From Candidatus Cloacimonadales bacterium (GTDB lineage Bacteria > Cloacimonadota > Cloacimonadia > Cloacimonadales > JAFGVF01): 64,000 nucleotides of DNA. Shown one piece after another: positions 20,853-31,415 of this stretch. Position numbers and translations under genes: made by a program. The first letter of the stretch is position 1; each line of letters starts with the position of its first letter. The notes beneath the pieces were generated by a model. It searched no databases. It was not told the origin of the DNA and was given only the letters and a program-made list of their open reading frames with translations. The stretch spans positions 1,408,001 through 1,472,000 of the forward strand of contig OY762964.1 in assembly GCA_963667035.1 (NCBI GenBank). Reading direction: 5' to 3'.

Positions 20853-21023
20853 ATGAATTCAACAAAAGATATTAATAAATTGTGTTTAAAATGTGAGTGT
20901 ACGTGCAAACAGTTAAAAAGTGTTAAACTTATTACATGTCCTAACTTTGTAGAAAAACCTACTCAACTTACTTTCTTTGATATTGTTGCAAAGAAAAGAA
21001 AGAAGACAAAGACTACTGAATGA
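20853..21023 (+). CDS. Small Cys-rich hypothetical protein (56 aa), absent from the ORF track
   Basis: AGGAG RBS; MNSTKDINKLCLKCECTCKQLKSVKLITCPNFVEKPTQLTFFDIVAKKRKKTKTTE*; ATGA overlap with rsmD. Confidence 0.75.
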   Translation: MNSTKDINKLCLKCECTCKQLKSVKLITCPNFVEKPTQLTFFDIVAKKRKKTKTTE

Positions 21024-21583
21024 GAATTATTGCCGGTACTAGAAAAGGTTATAAACTATTCTCTGTTGACGGGAATACAGCAAGGCCTACTACTGATTTT
21101 ATGAGAGAATTCATCTTTTCAGTAATACAGGACATAGATGGTTACACAATTCTAGATTTGTTTGCCGGAACCGGATCAGTTGGCATTGAAGCTCTCAGCC
21201 GAGGAGCATCTTATGTCGACTTTGTAGAGTTCTCCTCAAACTCGGTTTCTGCCTTAGTACAAAATCTCAAGAAAACAGAGTATGATAAGTGTAGTCACAT
21301 TTTCAGAAAAACTGTTTCTCGTTTCTTGCAGAAATGTGATAAAACATATGATTTGATATTTATGGACCCCCCATACAATAAAGGATTAGTAAAGGAAACT
21401 CTTGATTTGATTATTGAGCATAATATCCTCAGACCTAATGGATTGATAATTATAGACCATTATACTAAAGAAAAAATACCTGAAGAGTATCAAGGAATGG
21501 TTTTCAGAGATAAAAGAAAAAAAGAAGTAACAATATCGTTCTTAAGACTTAATGAACATGAGGAAAACGATGAAAATTTATAA
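21020..21583 (+). CDS. rsmD: 16S rRNA m2G966 methyltransferase
   Basis: MRIIAG, RPTTD, LDLFAGTG, EALSRGA, MDPPY. Confidence 0.93.
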   Translation: MRIIAGTRKGYKLFSVDGNTARPTTDFMREFIFSVIQDIDGYTILDLFAGTGSVGIEALSRGASYVDFVEFSSNSVSALVQNLKKTEYDKCSHIFRKTVSRFLQKCDKTYDLIFMDPPYNKGLVKETLDLIIEHNILRPNGLIIIDHYTKEKIPEEYQGMVFRDKRKKEVTISFLRLNEHEENDENL

Positions 21584-22961
21584 TACAATGAGCCGTAAGA
21601 AGGAAGAGTTTGTACCTGTAGAACCCGGTAAAGTCAAAATGTATTCATGTGGTCCGACAGTTTACAATTATTTCCATATTGGAAATGCCAGACCGTTCCT
21701 TTTCTTTGATGTTGTTAAAAACTACTTTCAATACATTGGATATGATGTTACTTATGTGCAGAATATTACTGATATTGATGATAAAATTATAAATAAAGCA
21801 AATGAAGAAGGTGTTAATTTCAATGAAATCACTGCAAAATATATTTCTGCTTTCTTTGAAGATATTAAAGCACTTGGAATAGTTGGTGCTGATATTCAAC
21901 CAAAAGCCACTGACGTGATTACAGAGATTATTGATTTCATTGATAAACTAGTAAAACTAAATGTTGCCTACGAAGTAAACGGTGATGTCTATTTTTCTGT
22001 TGATGCCTTACCGCAATATGGTTCCCTTTCAGGCCGTAAACTTGAGGACATGCAAGTTGGTGCAAGAATTCAAGAGAATACTCAAAAGCATAATCCTTTT
22101 GATTTTACTTTATGGAAAGCATCAAAACCTGGCGAACCGGAATGGGATTCACCTTGGGGAAAAGGAAGACCCGGATGGCATAGCGAATGTGTTGTTATGT
22201 CTTGTGCAAATTTAGGTGAAACATTCGATATTCATGGCGGTGGAGTTGATCTTGTATTCCCACATCATGAGAATGAGTTAGCTCAAGCAATTGCAGTCAA
22301 TAGAAAACCTTTATGTAACTACTGGATGCATAACGGTTTTATTAATATTGAAGGTGAGAAAATGTCCAAGAGTCTTAATAACTTTTTCACTCTAAGGGAT
22401 GTACTTAAAGAGTATGATGCAGAAGCTATAAGATTCTTTTTCCTTTCTAAGCATTACCGCTCACCTATTGATTACAATAAGGCAATACTTGATGAATCTT
22501 CTAAAGCTGTAAAGAATTTCTACAATGCACTTGATAAAATAGACTATTTGTCACATCAAAATGAAGAACTATTCTTATCGGAAGATTTAAATGCTCTCAA
22601 AAACGACTTCATAGAAGCGATGAACGATGATTTTAATACAGCAAAAGCAATCGCAATTCTCTTCGATTTAACAAGAAGAATTGCAAAAGATAGCGAAGAC
22701 AAAGATTCCAGGATTAATGCATCACATTTGTTAGTTGAATTAGGTAGAGTACTTGGATTCTTTCATGACCTTGAAAGTAAACTATCAAATAATATGAATC
22801 AGATAAGTGAAAGTTTAATCCAACTCCTAATTAATTATAGAAATGATGCAAAAGCTGAGAAAAATTGGAAGTTAGCTGACAGGATTAGAGATGATTTGCT
22901 TGCTTTAAATGTTCAATTACTTGATACAAAAGAAGGAACAATGTATAAACTCTTGAAATAG
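21570..22961 (+). CDS. cysS: Cysteine-tRNA ligase
   Basis: CGPTVY, HIGN, GRPGWH, HGGGVDL, KMSKS. Confidence 0.97.
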   Translation: MKIYNTMSRKKEEFVPVEPGKVKMYSCGPTVYNYFHIGNARPFLFFDVVKNYFQYIGYDVTYVQNITDIDDKIINKANEEGVNFNEITAKYISAFFEDIKALGIVGADIQPKATDVITEIIDFIDKLVKLNVAYEVNGDVYFSVDALPQYGSLSGRKLEDMQVGARIQENTQKHNPFDFTLWKASKPGEPEWDSPWGKGRPGWHSECVVMSCANLGETFDIHGGGVDLVFPHHENELAQAIAVNRKPLCNYWMHNGFINIEGEKMSKSLNNFFTLRDVLKEYDAEAIRFFFLSKHYRSPIDYNKAILDESSKAVKNFYNALDKIDYLSHQNEELFLSEDLNALKNDFIEAMNDDFNTAKAIAILFDLTRRIAKDSEDKDSRINASHLLVELGRVLGFFHDLESKLSNNMNQISESLIQLLINYRNDAKAEKNWKLADRIRDDLLALNVQLLDTKEGTMYKLLK

Positions 22962-23033
22962 AGATTATGCTTGACTGATAAACTTGATTTTTAGTCTTTA
23001 ACATAAAAATTGATAACCTATTGGAGGATAAAA

Positions 23034-24143
23034 ATGAAAAAGAGTTTACTTATAATCTTAACATTACTAGTTCTGCTTTCTACAGGTTTGCAGGCAAAAC
23101 AGAAACTTTCAAGTGAAGGTACAAGAGCACTTAGAGATGCTAAGATGAAACTTCAACAGAAAAACTTTGATAAGGCTCTGGAGTTTTATAAGAATGTATT
23201 GGAAACTGACCCTGAGTGCATTGAAGCTCTAATAAAAATTGGGCAAATTAACTATAATTTAGGCTCTGAACGTACTAGAAATAAAATAAGCTATTACGTT
23301 GAATCATATAAGCATTACCAACTTGCCGTTAAAGCTTACGATAAACTGATTGCAGAGGGTACTCCGGAGAAGAAACTTAAAAGTGAAAAAAACGACATAG
23401 ACACTCTTAAGAATAAAGAAATTGATTATCCTATTCAGAAGATTCTTGTAATAGGCCAAACTGCAGCAACTGAAGAAGAAGATTACGATGCTGCATTAGA
23501 AGCTTATGATATTGCTTATGAGCTTAATCCAGATGATGTAAAGCCACTTCAACTTAAACTTGCAGTATATTCATCAACTAAAAATGATTCAATGATTATC
23601 AATACTCTTGAGTTAATAACCGAGAAGAAGCCTGACGATGTAAACTCACTTAGTAATCTTGCAGCTTTATATTACAATGCAGATAATGTAGAAAAATCTA
23701 TTGATACTTATAACAAGATTTTAGTAGCTAATCCAAAGGACATTGATACAATGTTTAATATTGCTATTGCATACTCTAGTCAAAAGAATTATGAAAAAGC
23801 TTTAGAGTACACTGAAAAAGTTATTGAATTAGAGCCAAGCAATGTCGATGCCCTCGATAATGCTTTCGAGTTCGCTAAGGCTCTCAGTAATGCCGATAAA
23901 GCCCTCAAGTATGGAAAGAAAGCAGCAGATTTAAATCCTAATGCAGAAAGATTTGAATATCTTTGCTATGCATTAAGCCAGGCTAAGAAGTATGATGATT
24001 TACTTGTTTATGCAAAAAAATTCCATGAAACAGCCCCTGAAAAGAAAGTAGCTGTTCAACTCGTTCTTTTAGCAGCTCAACAGCTTGATGATAAGGATAC
24101 AGTTGCAGAGTATACAAAGAAAATGAAGACCTTTGAAAAGTAA
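23034..24143 (+). CDS. Secreted TPR protein
   Basis: GGAGG RBS, signal peptide, multiple TPR units. Confidence 0.85.
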   Translation: MKKSLLIILTLLVLLSTGLQAKQKLSSEGTRALRDAKMKLQQKNFDKALEFYKNVLETDPECIEALIKIGQINYNLGSERTRNKISYYVESYKHYQLAVKAYDKLIAEGTPEKKLKSEKNDIDTLKNKEIDYPIQKILVIGQTAATEEEDYDAALEAYDIAYELNPDDVKPLQLKLAVYSSTKNDSMIINTLELITEKKPDDVNSLSNLAALYYNADNVEKSIDTYNKILVANPKDIDTMFNIAIAYSSQKNYEKALEYTEKVIELEPSNVDALDNAFEFAKALSNADKALKYGKKAADLNPNAERFEYLCYALSQAKKYDDLLVYAKKFHETAPEKKVAVQLVLLAAQQLDDKDTVAEYTKKMKTFEK

Positions 24144-24183
24144 TAATTAACTAATCGACTAATAATAGAGATTCATATGTTTT

Positions 24184-24215
24184 AGAGCTATGATTAAATT
24201 CATGGCTCTATTTTT
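24184..24215 (+). terminator. Terminator hairpin
   Basis: agagctatga/tcatggctct plus T run. Confidence 0.6.
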
Positions 24216-24289
24216 ATTAATGACTTCAGCCAGTTGAGCTATTAATAGCGAAACATTAAACCACCCGTTGTACGGATGGTCATGATTTT
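24211..24289 (+). repeat. Collapsed copy of the 31213-31415 element
   Basis: 57 bp match (2 mismatches) to 31213-31269 and 32 bp match (1 mismatch) to 31384-31415. Confidence 0.85.
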
Positions 24290-24548
24290 TCTCATTTCTG
24301 TTGTTTACTACTAACATCAAGACACTGACAACAAAATAGCACAAATTAGTTAACTGACTCAATCAAATAGAATCAAAGCAGATCTTATCATTTTCTTATA
24401 GTTTGCTCAAATACTCAATGAAACTTTACATATATACATAAATCAGGGAAAAACACCCGATTGGAACAATTATTACATTTTAAGAATTTCGGTTAGTCTA
24501 ATTGGGAAATGTGAGTTAAATAAACATTAGATAATGAGAGGTTATGAA

Positions 24549-27500
24549 ATGTGTAAAAAGATCACGTTTTTTGTTCCCATCTTTTTGATTTTTTGGATAG
24601 GGTCATTGATAGCAAGTAATGATATTGCTTATGAGAACAGTAACAAGAACTCTTTTGAAATTCTGGAATCCAGTGAGTCAGGACTAAAGATTAAATTCTC
24701 TTTACCGGAATATGAATTACAGACAGATAGGGCTTCCAGAGGAGCGGTTAAGATTATTAAATCAGAATCTGTAACCAAAGCTTCTATTCCCGGAGTTAAT
24801 GAAGTACCACTTTATACAACAACAGTTGCAATTCCCAATACGGGTAGTGTCGAATTGGAGATATTGAGTCAGGAAACAGAATCAATTAATTTACCTTTTC
24901 TTCATTCTAAATTCGGTGATAGTAGCAGTGAAGTTATTGATCCTCTTACTGACTTGCGACTAGAAACCGGTAAGCTTTCATCTCCTGCCATTATCAGAGA
25001 TTTGAGAGTTGTTAACCTGACTCTTTCTCCTTTTAAATATAACGTTGAAGAGGATAAACTGGAAGTATTAAAGGAAGTTACTTATAAATTAAACTATAAG
25101 CAAGACAGAGGTAATAATGAGTTAGTAAGAAATGATAATACAATATCATCTTCTTTTATACCTCTATATCGTTCTTTAGTTAGTAACTTTGATTTAATTT
25201 CTGACAGATATGAGATTGACTACGATAAAAGATTACTAATTGTTTATGGTAACTCGACAAATGACCAATATATGGATAAATTAGATGAGTTTATCCGTTG
25301 GAAGAAACAGAAAGGTTATTCAGTAACGTATGCTTCCACTCAAACAACCGGTACAACTACAGGATCAATTAAAAGTTATATTCAAAGTAAGTATAACAAC
25401 CACTATACAAGACCTGATTATGTGCTATTAATAGGTGATGTAACCGGTTCCTTATCTATCCCATGTTGGCAAGTCTATAATGGGGATTCTGACTATCCAT
25501 TTACCCAGTTAGCAGGTGGAGATGATCTCGGAGATGTATTTATTGGGCGTATGCCTGCTGAAAATGTTACAGATTTTCTTACAATGGCAGAAAAAGTGTT
25601 TATCTATGAGAGAGATCTAGTACCTATGCCTCCTGCGGCTACTGCTTGGTACAATAGAATGCTTTTAGTAGCAGATACAGATCCTTCAGGTCAATCCTGT
25701 CAGTATGTGAATTACTATGCAAGACAAGTTTCTGAAATGGTTAATCCGGATTATGACTATGTAGAACTATATGCTACACAGCCTTCTGCTCAAACTATGA
25801 CAGCAACAATAAATCAAGGTGTATCTTTCTTTAACTATAGAGGACATATTAACATGAGTTATTGGGATATGCCTTCAGAGGGTGAATACACTAATGCTAA
25901 TAGATTACCGCATTGTGTTATAAATACTTGTGCTACAGGTAACTTTGGAAGTACCGATGTATCTGATAGCTTTGTCAGATTCGGTTCTCCCGCTCTACCT
26001 AAAGGAGGTCTTACAGCTATTGGTATGGCTACCCCCAGTACTCACACAATGCTCAATAATGTTCTGAGTTCCGGAACATTTGAAGGTATATTTGTTCATG
26101 GTATGCGTGACATGAGTGCTCCTTTACTACATTCTAAATGGTTACTATATTTTGTTTATCATGATTTGTTACCTGTAAAGGCTGTAGAGTTTCCGGGATG
26201 GTGTAACCTAATGGGTGATCCTACTGTAGAAGTATTTGTCGGAGATCCCGAGAGTTTAAGTGTGCAATATCGTGAGAGCGTAAGAAATAGCGATACTGTA
26301 TATTCTGTGAAAGTAAATGATGCTGATGGAAATGATGTAAATGATGCTTGTGTAACAATTCTATATAATAATACACAGCTTATCGCTTATACTAATGCTA
26401 GTGGTATTGCAACCTTGTCACTTCCAAGTAATATGAATGTCGGCGAAGATTTTACTTTAACCGTCTCTAAACACGATTTTATTCCTGTTATAAGAACAAT
26501 TGATATCAATGCTGAGAGTGTTTTAAGAATAGTTAATGCTAATTTTAATGATTCAAACAGTGGCAATGGAGATTCAATTGTTAACGCCGGTGAGCAAATC
26601 GAGCTTAATGTTGAATTCGAAAACATAAGTGATAGTAGTTATGCTCAGTCACAGCTAACATTAACAACTGAAGATTCCTACTTAACAGTTAACAATGGTA
26701 ACTCTCAGTTATCAGCAATTGCTGCTGGAAATACAGCTACCAACTCAACTCCATTTACAATAACCATAGATTCCAATACTCCTGATGAGCATCTCGGAGA
26801 ATTGATAATAAGTGATGGTGTTAATTCTTTCTCTACAAGAATCGAGATTCTTAATGGTGTAATGGAAGTTACAAGTTTTCAGATATTCGATAATAATGGT
26901 GTGCTCAATATTGACGAACAAGTAAACATCTTACTTAACTTAGAGAATACCGGTTCACATGTGTTAAATGGTATTGTTGTTGAACTTAGCTCTGAATCAG
27001 AATTAGTTTATTTCCCTGACGGCAGTGCTTTCTTTGGAAATGCCCAACCGGGTCAAACATTATCTAACATTACAGACGGTATCACAATTGGAACTAGAGT
27101 TGAATTCTTAACAGGGACGGATGTACATCTTAATGCTAGAATTACAGATAATAATGGATATGTACAAGATAGAGAAATAGTTATTGCCGGTAGTACTCCG
27201 GGAGTAGGAAATCCATCCGGACCTGATTCTTTTGGACACTTCATTTATCATAGTAGTGATACGAACTGGAGTGATGCTCCTGAATACGACTGGATAGAAA
27301 TAGCTACTCACCAGAATGGTGACGGAACTCAGATATATCTTACCGATACATCACATGATGATGATAATAGTGATTTTGTAGATATAGTTGCTTTTGGAAA
27401 TGCCCAACTTCCATTCGATTTCACTTTCTATGGTGTGGATTATGATGAAGTCCATATATGCTCTAACGGGTTCATCAGTTTCGTCCCTACAGAGTTAAGT

Positions 27501-29477
27501 ACTGCTAGAAATCTACCTTTACCCGGTCCTATGACACCTGATCCTATTATTGCTCCTTTCTGGGATAATCTTGAAGTACATTCTGATGGAGGAGTATTCC
27601 ATAAATATGACAGTGTAAATCACATATTTATCATAGAATGGTATAACATGAAGAATAGTTATAATACATCCTATTCTGAAACATTTGAAATAATACTTTA
27701 TGATCCTGAGTACTATCCTACATCAACAGGTGATGGAAAAGTTAAAATTCAATATCAGGAATTTCATGATATTGATGCAGGAGATGCAACTAGTTATACA
27801 CCCGGTCATGGGCAATATTGTACTGTAGGTATTGGTGATCATACCGGACTGGACGGATTAACATATTTGTTTGATCAAAGTTACCTTTCAACGGCACAAC
27901 CTATCACCAATAATTGTGCTCTCATCATAACCGGTGAACCCTATGTCACTATTGCTCCTGTTTTAGATATTGATGATTACAATTATTCGGAGACTAATGG
28001 CAATGGGTTCATCGAACCGGGTGAGAGTGTGCAGTTAGGTATCACAATTACAAACAGTGGTACTGCTAATGCTGAGAATGTTACTGCTACTTTGACTTCC
28101 ACTAGTCCTTATGTTACAATTCAAGATAATAGCATTGAATCTATTTCCGTCTTAATTGATCAAGTTGTTGTTACTGAAACCGGATTCGAGATTAGCATAG
28201 ATTCACATACACCACTTGAACAGGAAATACCAATAAATATAAGTCTTACCAATGGAGTTGATACTTGGGATAAAGATATGAGTTTGTTCGTTACAGCTCC
28301 AATGTTGGAACACTTTAGTTATAGGATTTCAGATTATGAGGATGGTAATGGTAATGGTATTCCTAATCCGGGAGAAACATTCTACTTTATACAAGAAGTT
28401 GTAAACTACGGTAATGTAGATATTCAAGACATAGATGTTTCAATATCTTCTGATAATAATGGTGTAGTAATTGGAGACTATACTGATAATATTTATAGAA
28501 TACCGGCTCAATCAAGTACGCAAGTTTGGTTTGAAATTACTCTTCCTAACAACCTGAATGCAGGAGACGAGATTCAATTACAAACAACTTATACAAAAAC
28601 TGATTGGTTCGCAGATAGTTATACCGCTACTCTTGAGGTTGATGTACATACATATCAAAGTGCAGGAGTTATAAGTGGTATTGTAAACGTAGACCATCCT
28701 GACGCAGTTGTTGAAGATGGTTTAATAAAAATTAATAATAGCGGTGCTTTAATAGATGAGAATGGTTACTATAAGATGTTTGCAGGAAGTGGAACCTATT
28801 CTATTAAAGCGTTAATAAATCATTACATTCCAATAACTATAGAGGATGTAGAGCTTACTGTAAGCAATGATATGATTACTAGTGATATTGATTTTACTCC
28901 GGTACCATTACCCATAGCTAACCAACTTAATGGAGTAATCAGTTATCCTAATCTGACTTTGACTTGGCAGGAACCTCAAGAATCCGATTATGAGTGCTTG
29001 GGATTCAATGTATATAAAGCTATAAACGATAGTGAGTATTCCCTTTTGGGCTATACCGAAAACAACGAATATGTAGATGTTCTAAATAATGGAGAAAACT
29101 ATTTCTATCGTGTTGAAGCTGTTTATTCTATAGGAACAAGTTTCTTGTCTGAAGTTTACACTTGTAGTACGGGAGCAAATGATAACAATCAAACAGCTCT
29201 TGTAACAAAGTTAAATGGAAACTATCCTAATCCTTTCAATCCAGTCACAAATATCTCTTACAGTATCTCAGGAAAGACACATGTAAAAGTCGATATCTTT
29301 AATATAAGAGGTCAGCATGTTCAATCACTTGTTAATGAAATTCAACCTACAGGCAACTATGTAGTAAGCTGGGAGGGTTTAAATAAAGACGGTGAGGAAT
29401 GTGCTTCCGGATTATATTTATACAAATTAGAAACAGACAATTCGATCTCAATGAGAAAGGCTATGCTTATTAAGTAA
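24549..29477 (+). CDS. Secreted C25 (gingipain-like) cysteine peptidase with Ig-like repeats and C-terminal FlgD-Ig-like domain
   Basis: Propeptide; WKKQKG, YVLLIGD, IGR, FNYRGH, NTCATG, CNLMGDP; NYPNPFNP tail. Confidence 0.88.
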   Translation: MCKKITFFVPIFLIFWIGSLIASNDIAYENSNKNSFEILESSESGLKIKFSLPEYELQTDRASRGAVKIIKSESVTKASIPGVNEVPLYTTTVAIPNTGSVELEILSQETESINLPFLHSKFGDSSSEVIDPLTDLRLETGKLSSPAIIRDLRVVNLTLSPFKYNVEEDKLEVLKEVTYKLNYKQDRGNNELVRNDNTISSSFIPLYRSLVSNFDLISDRYEIDYDKRLLIVYGNSTNDQYMDKLDEFIRWKKQKGYSVTYASTQTTGTTTGSIKSYIQSKYNNHYTRPDYVLLIGDVTGSLSIPCWQVYNGDSDYPFTQLAGGDDLGDVFIGRMPAENVTDFLTMAEKVFIYERDLVPMPPAATAWYNRMLLVADTDPSGQSCQYVNYYARQVSEMVNPDYDYVELYATQPSAQTMTATINQGVSFFNYRGHINMSYWDMPSEGEYTNANRLPHCVINTCATGNFGSTDVSDSFVRFGSPALPKGGLTAIGMATPSTHTMLNNVLSSGTFEGIFVHGMRDMSAPLLHSKWLLYFVYHDLLPVKAVEFPGWCNLMGDPTVEVFVGDPESLSVQYRESVRNSDTVYSVKVNDADGNDVNDACVTILYNNTQLIAYTNASGIATLSLPSNMNVGEDFTLTVSKHDFIPVIRTIDINAESVLRIVNANFNDSNSGNGDSIVNAGEQIELNVEFENISDSSYAQSQLTLTTEDSYLTVNNGNSQLSAIAAGNTATNSTPFTITIDSNTPDEHLGELIISDGVNSFSTRIEILNGVMEVTSFQIFDNNGVLNIDEQVNILLNLENTGSHVLNGIVVELSSESELVYFPDGSAFFGNAQPGQTLSNITDGITIGTRVEFLTGTDVHLNARITDNNGYVQDREIVIAGSTPGVGNPSGPDSFGHFIYHSSDTNWSDAPEYDWIEIATHQNGDGTQIYLTDTSHDDDNSDFVDIVAFGNAQLPFDFTFYGVDYDEVHICSNGFISFVPTELSTARNLPLPGPMTPDPIIAPFWDNLEVHSDGGVFHKYDSVNHIFIIEWYNMKNSYNTSYSETFEIILYDPEYYPTSTGDGKVKIQYQEFHDIDAGDATSYTPGHGQYCTVGIGDHTGLDGLTYLFDQSYLSTAQPITNNCALIITGEPYVTIAPVLDIDDYNYSETNGNGFIEPGESVQLGITITNSGTANAENVTATLTSTSPYVTIQDNSIESISVLIDQVVVTETGFEISIDSHTPLEQEIPINISLTNGVDTWDKDMSLFVTAPMLEHFSYRISDYEDGNGNGIPNPGETFYFIQEVVNYGNVDIQDIDVSISSDNNGVVIGDYTDNIYRIPAQSSTQVWFEITLPNNLNAGDEIQLQTTYTKTDWFADSYTATLEVDVHTYQSAGVISGIVNVDHPDAVVEDGLIKINNSGALIDENGYYKMFAGSGTYSIKALINHYIPITIEDVELTVSNDMITSDIDFTPVPLPIANQLNGVISYPNLTLTWQEPQESDYECLGFNVYKAINDSEYSLLGYTENNEYVDVLNNGENYFYRVEAVYSIGTSFLSEVYTCSTGANDNNQTALVTKLNGNYPNPFNPVTNISYSISGKTHVKVDIFNIRGQHVQSLVNEIQPTGNYVVSWEGLNKDGEECASGLYLYKLETDNSISMRKAMLIK

Positions 29478-29500
29478 CCTTTCTTGAGGCTAACCACCAG

Positions 29501-29526
29501 AGCCCTGTCCGAAAGGACAGGGCCTT
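29501..29526. repeat. Left target-site duplication (terminator hairpin)
   Basis: agccctgtccgaaaggacagggcctt, identical to 31189-31214. Confidence 0.9.
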
Positions 29527-31188
29527 CAGACTGTTGACAAAGCTATGAGTAAGATTTCATAGCTTTGTCTTTTTTTAGCTTAAAATAAGAACATCAATCA
29601 TTGACAAAAACCCCCTTAGTTTATACTTAAACCATCATAATTAGAGGTGGTTATGCTTAAAAAAGTTTCTGACACACAGTCCCAAATGGAATTTGTAATA
29701 ATAGATGATCTTGTCCCGGAAGATCATATTCTACGCAAGATTGACAGGGTAATAGATTTTAGTTTTATTATGGACCGAACTGCTCATTTGTATTGCCCCG
29801 ACAACGGTCGTCCCCCAGTGCATCCCATAACTTTCTTCAAAATGCTTTTTATTGGTTATCTATTTGGTATCCGTTCTGAGCGACAACTAATCAGAGAGAT
29901 TCAGGTCAATGTAGCATATCGCTGGTTCTTAGGGTATGGGCTTACTGATAAAATACCGAGTCATTCTCTCTTCAGCCAGAATCGTCGCAGACGCTTTACT
30001 GATAGCACTGTTTTTGAAGAGATTTTCATTGATATTGTAAAACTTGGTATCGAGAATGGTTTGGTAGATGGCAAGGTTCTTTATAGCGATTCAACTCATC
30101 TGAAAGCTAATGCTAATAAAGGCAAATATGAATCAATTAAAGTAGAGACCACACCTCAGAGTTATCTTGAAGATCTAAATAAAACAGTGGATGAAAACCG
30201 AAAAGCTCACGGTAAGAAGCCACTCCCACCTAAAGACAATGACTTTAAAGGCGGTTCGTCACCCAAAGTTAAAGAGATTAAGTCTAGTAAAACAGATCCT
30301 GACAGTGGTTTCATGACGCGAGACAAGAAACCACAAGGTTTCTTCTATCTTGATCATAGAACCGTAGATCCTAAAGTAAACTTCATAACAGATGTTCATA
30401 TTACCGCCGGCAATGTGAATGACAGTTCTTGCTATATTGATAGGCTAAAAGTGCAGCAAGAGCGTTTTGGTTTTGATGTCCTGGCAGTAGGTCTTGATGC
30501 CGGGTATGATACAGCTAATATATGCAAAGAATTAGTAGATATGGGAATCATGGGAGTAATAGGTTATCGTCGACTTGGAGGTAAAAAAGGTCTTTTCAAG
30601 AAGCGTGATTTTAAGTTCATTTCAGATAGAGACATATACATCTGTCCAGAAGGGAAAGAGCTTAAATATCGAACAACAAACCGTAACGGTTATGATGAAT
30701 ATGCATCCGAGAGTAGCTATTGTAAAAACTGTCCAATGCTTAACAAATGCACCGAGAGCAAGAACCATCAAAAAGTTATCATGCGTCATGTATGGGAAGA
30801 CAGTAGAGAGATTATCCATAAAAACAGGTTAACCTTTTGTGGCAAAGAGATATACAAAAAACGAAAAGAAACCATTGAGAGAAGCTTTGCAAATGCAAAG
30901 CAACTTCATGGTTATCGGTATGCGAAATATCGAGGTATAGAACGAGTTCGAGAACAAGCATATATGACATCAGTAGTTCAAAACATAAAGAAACTGGTTA
31001 AATACCTTTTCAATGGCATATCAGGGAAAGTGGCATCAATGTTATTAGCTTTTTATGTTAATATATGCTCTGGTTTAGACGAATATAGAGCTAAATCTCA
31101 TTATCCTGATATTGTACTCAACTAATCAGAAATAAACTTACAATGTAAAAACCCAGTCATTTTCATAACTGGGTTTGTAAACGGTCTG
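29527..31188 (+). mobile_element. IS1182-family insertion sequence
   Basis: IRL cagactgttgacaaa / IRR tttgtaaacggtctg (13/15); 26-bp DR; intact transposase. Confidence 0.92.
29647..31125 (+). CDS. IS1182-family DDE transposase
   Basis: LVPEDHILRKI, GRPP, GIRSERQL, DSTHLKANA, DAGY, RKETIERSFANAK. Confidence 0.95.
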   Translation: MVMLKKVSDTQSQMEFVIIDDLVPEDHILRKIDRVIDFSFIMDRTAHLYCPDNGRPPVHPITFFKMLFIGYLFGIRSERQLIREIQVNVAYRWFLGYGLTDKIPSHSLFSQNRRRRFTDSTVFEEIFIDIVKLGIENGLVDGKVLYSDSTHLKANANKGKYESIKVETTPQSYLEDLNKTVDENRKAHGKKPLPPKDNDFKGGSSPKVKEIKSSKTDPDSGFMTRDKKPQGFFYLDHRTVDPKVNFITDVHITAGNVNDSSCYIDRLKVQQERFGFDVLAVGLDAGYDTANICKELVDMGIMGVIGYRRLGGKKGLFKKRDFKFISDRDIYICPEGKELKYRTTNRNGYDEYASESSYCKNCPMLNKCTESKNHQKVIMRHVWEDSREIIHKNRLTFCGKEIYKKRKETIERSFANAKQLHGYRYAKYRGIERVREQAYMTSVVQNIKKLVKYLFNGISGKVASMLLAFYVNICSGLDEYRAKSHYPDIVLN

Positions 31189-31217
31189 AGCCCTGTCCGA
31201 AAGGACAGGGCCTTTTT
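31189..31217 (+). terminator. Right DR, the original C25-gene terminator
   Basis: gccctgtcc-gaaa-ggacagggc plus T run. Confidence 0.85.
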
Positions 31218-31259
31218 ATTAATGGCTTCAGCCAGTTGAGCTATTTATAGCGAAACATT

Positions 31260-31415
31260 AAACCACCCGCTATACGGGTGCGGAAAGGATTGTTTTATAA
31301 AGATTCACCTTTCCGTTACTTTTGAGTTGTTCAAGCTAGCGTCCTGAGATGCTAGTCGGTATCACCCCCTTATAGGGGGGAGCAAACCACCCGTTGTACG
31401 GGTGGTCATGATTTT
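31260..31415 (+). mobile_element. Non-autonomous IS200-like mini element (both end hairpins, no tnpA)
   Basis: aaaccacccgctatacgggtg ... cccccttatagggggg ... aaaccacccgttgtacgggtggtcatgatt resembles IS200-type left and right ends. Confidence 0.6.
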
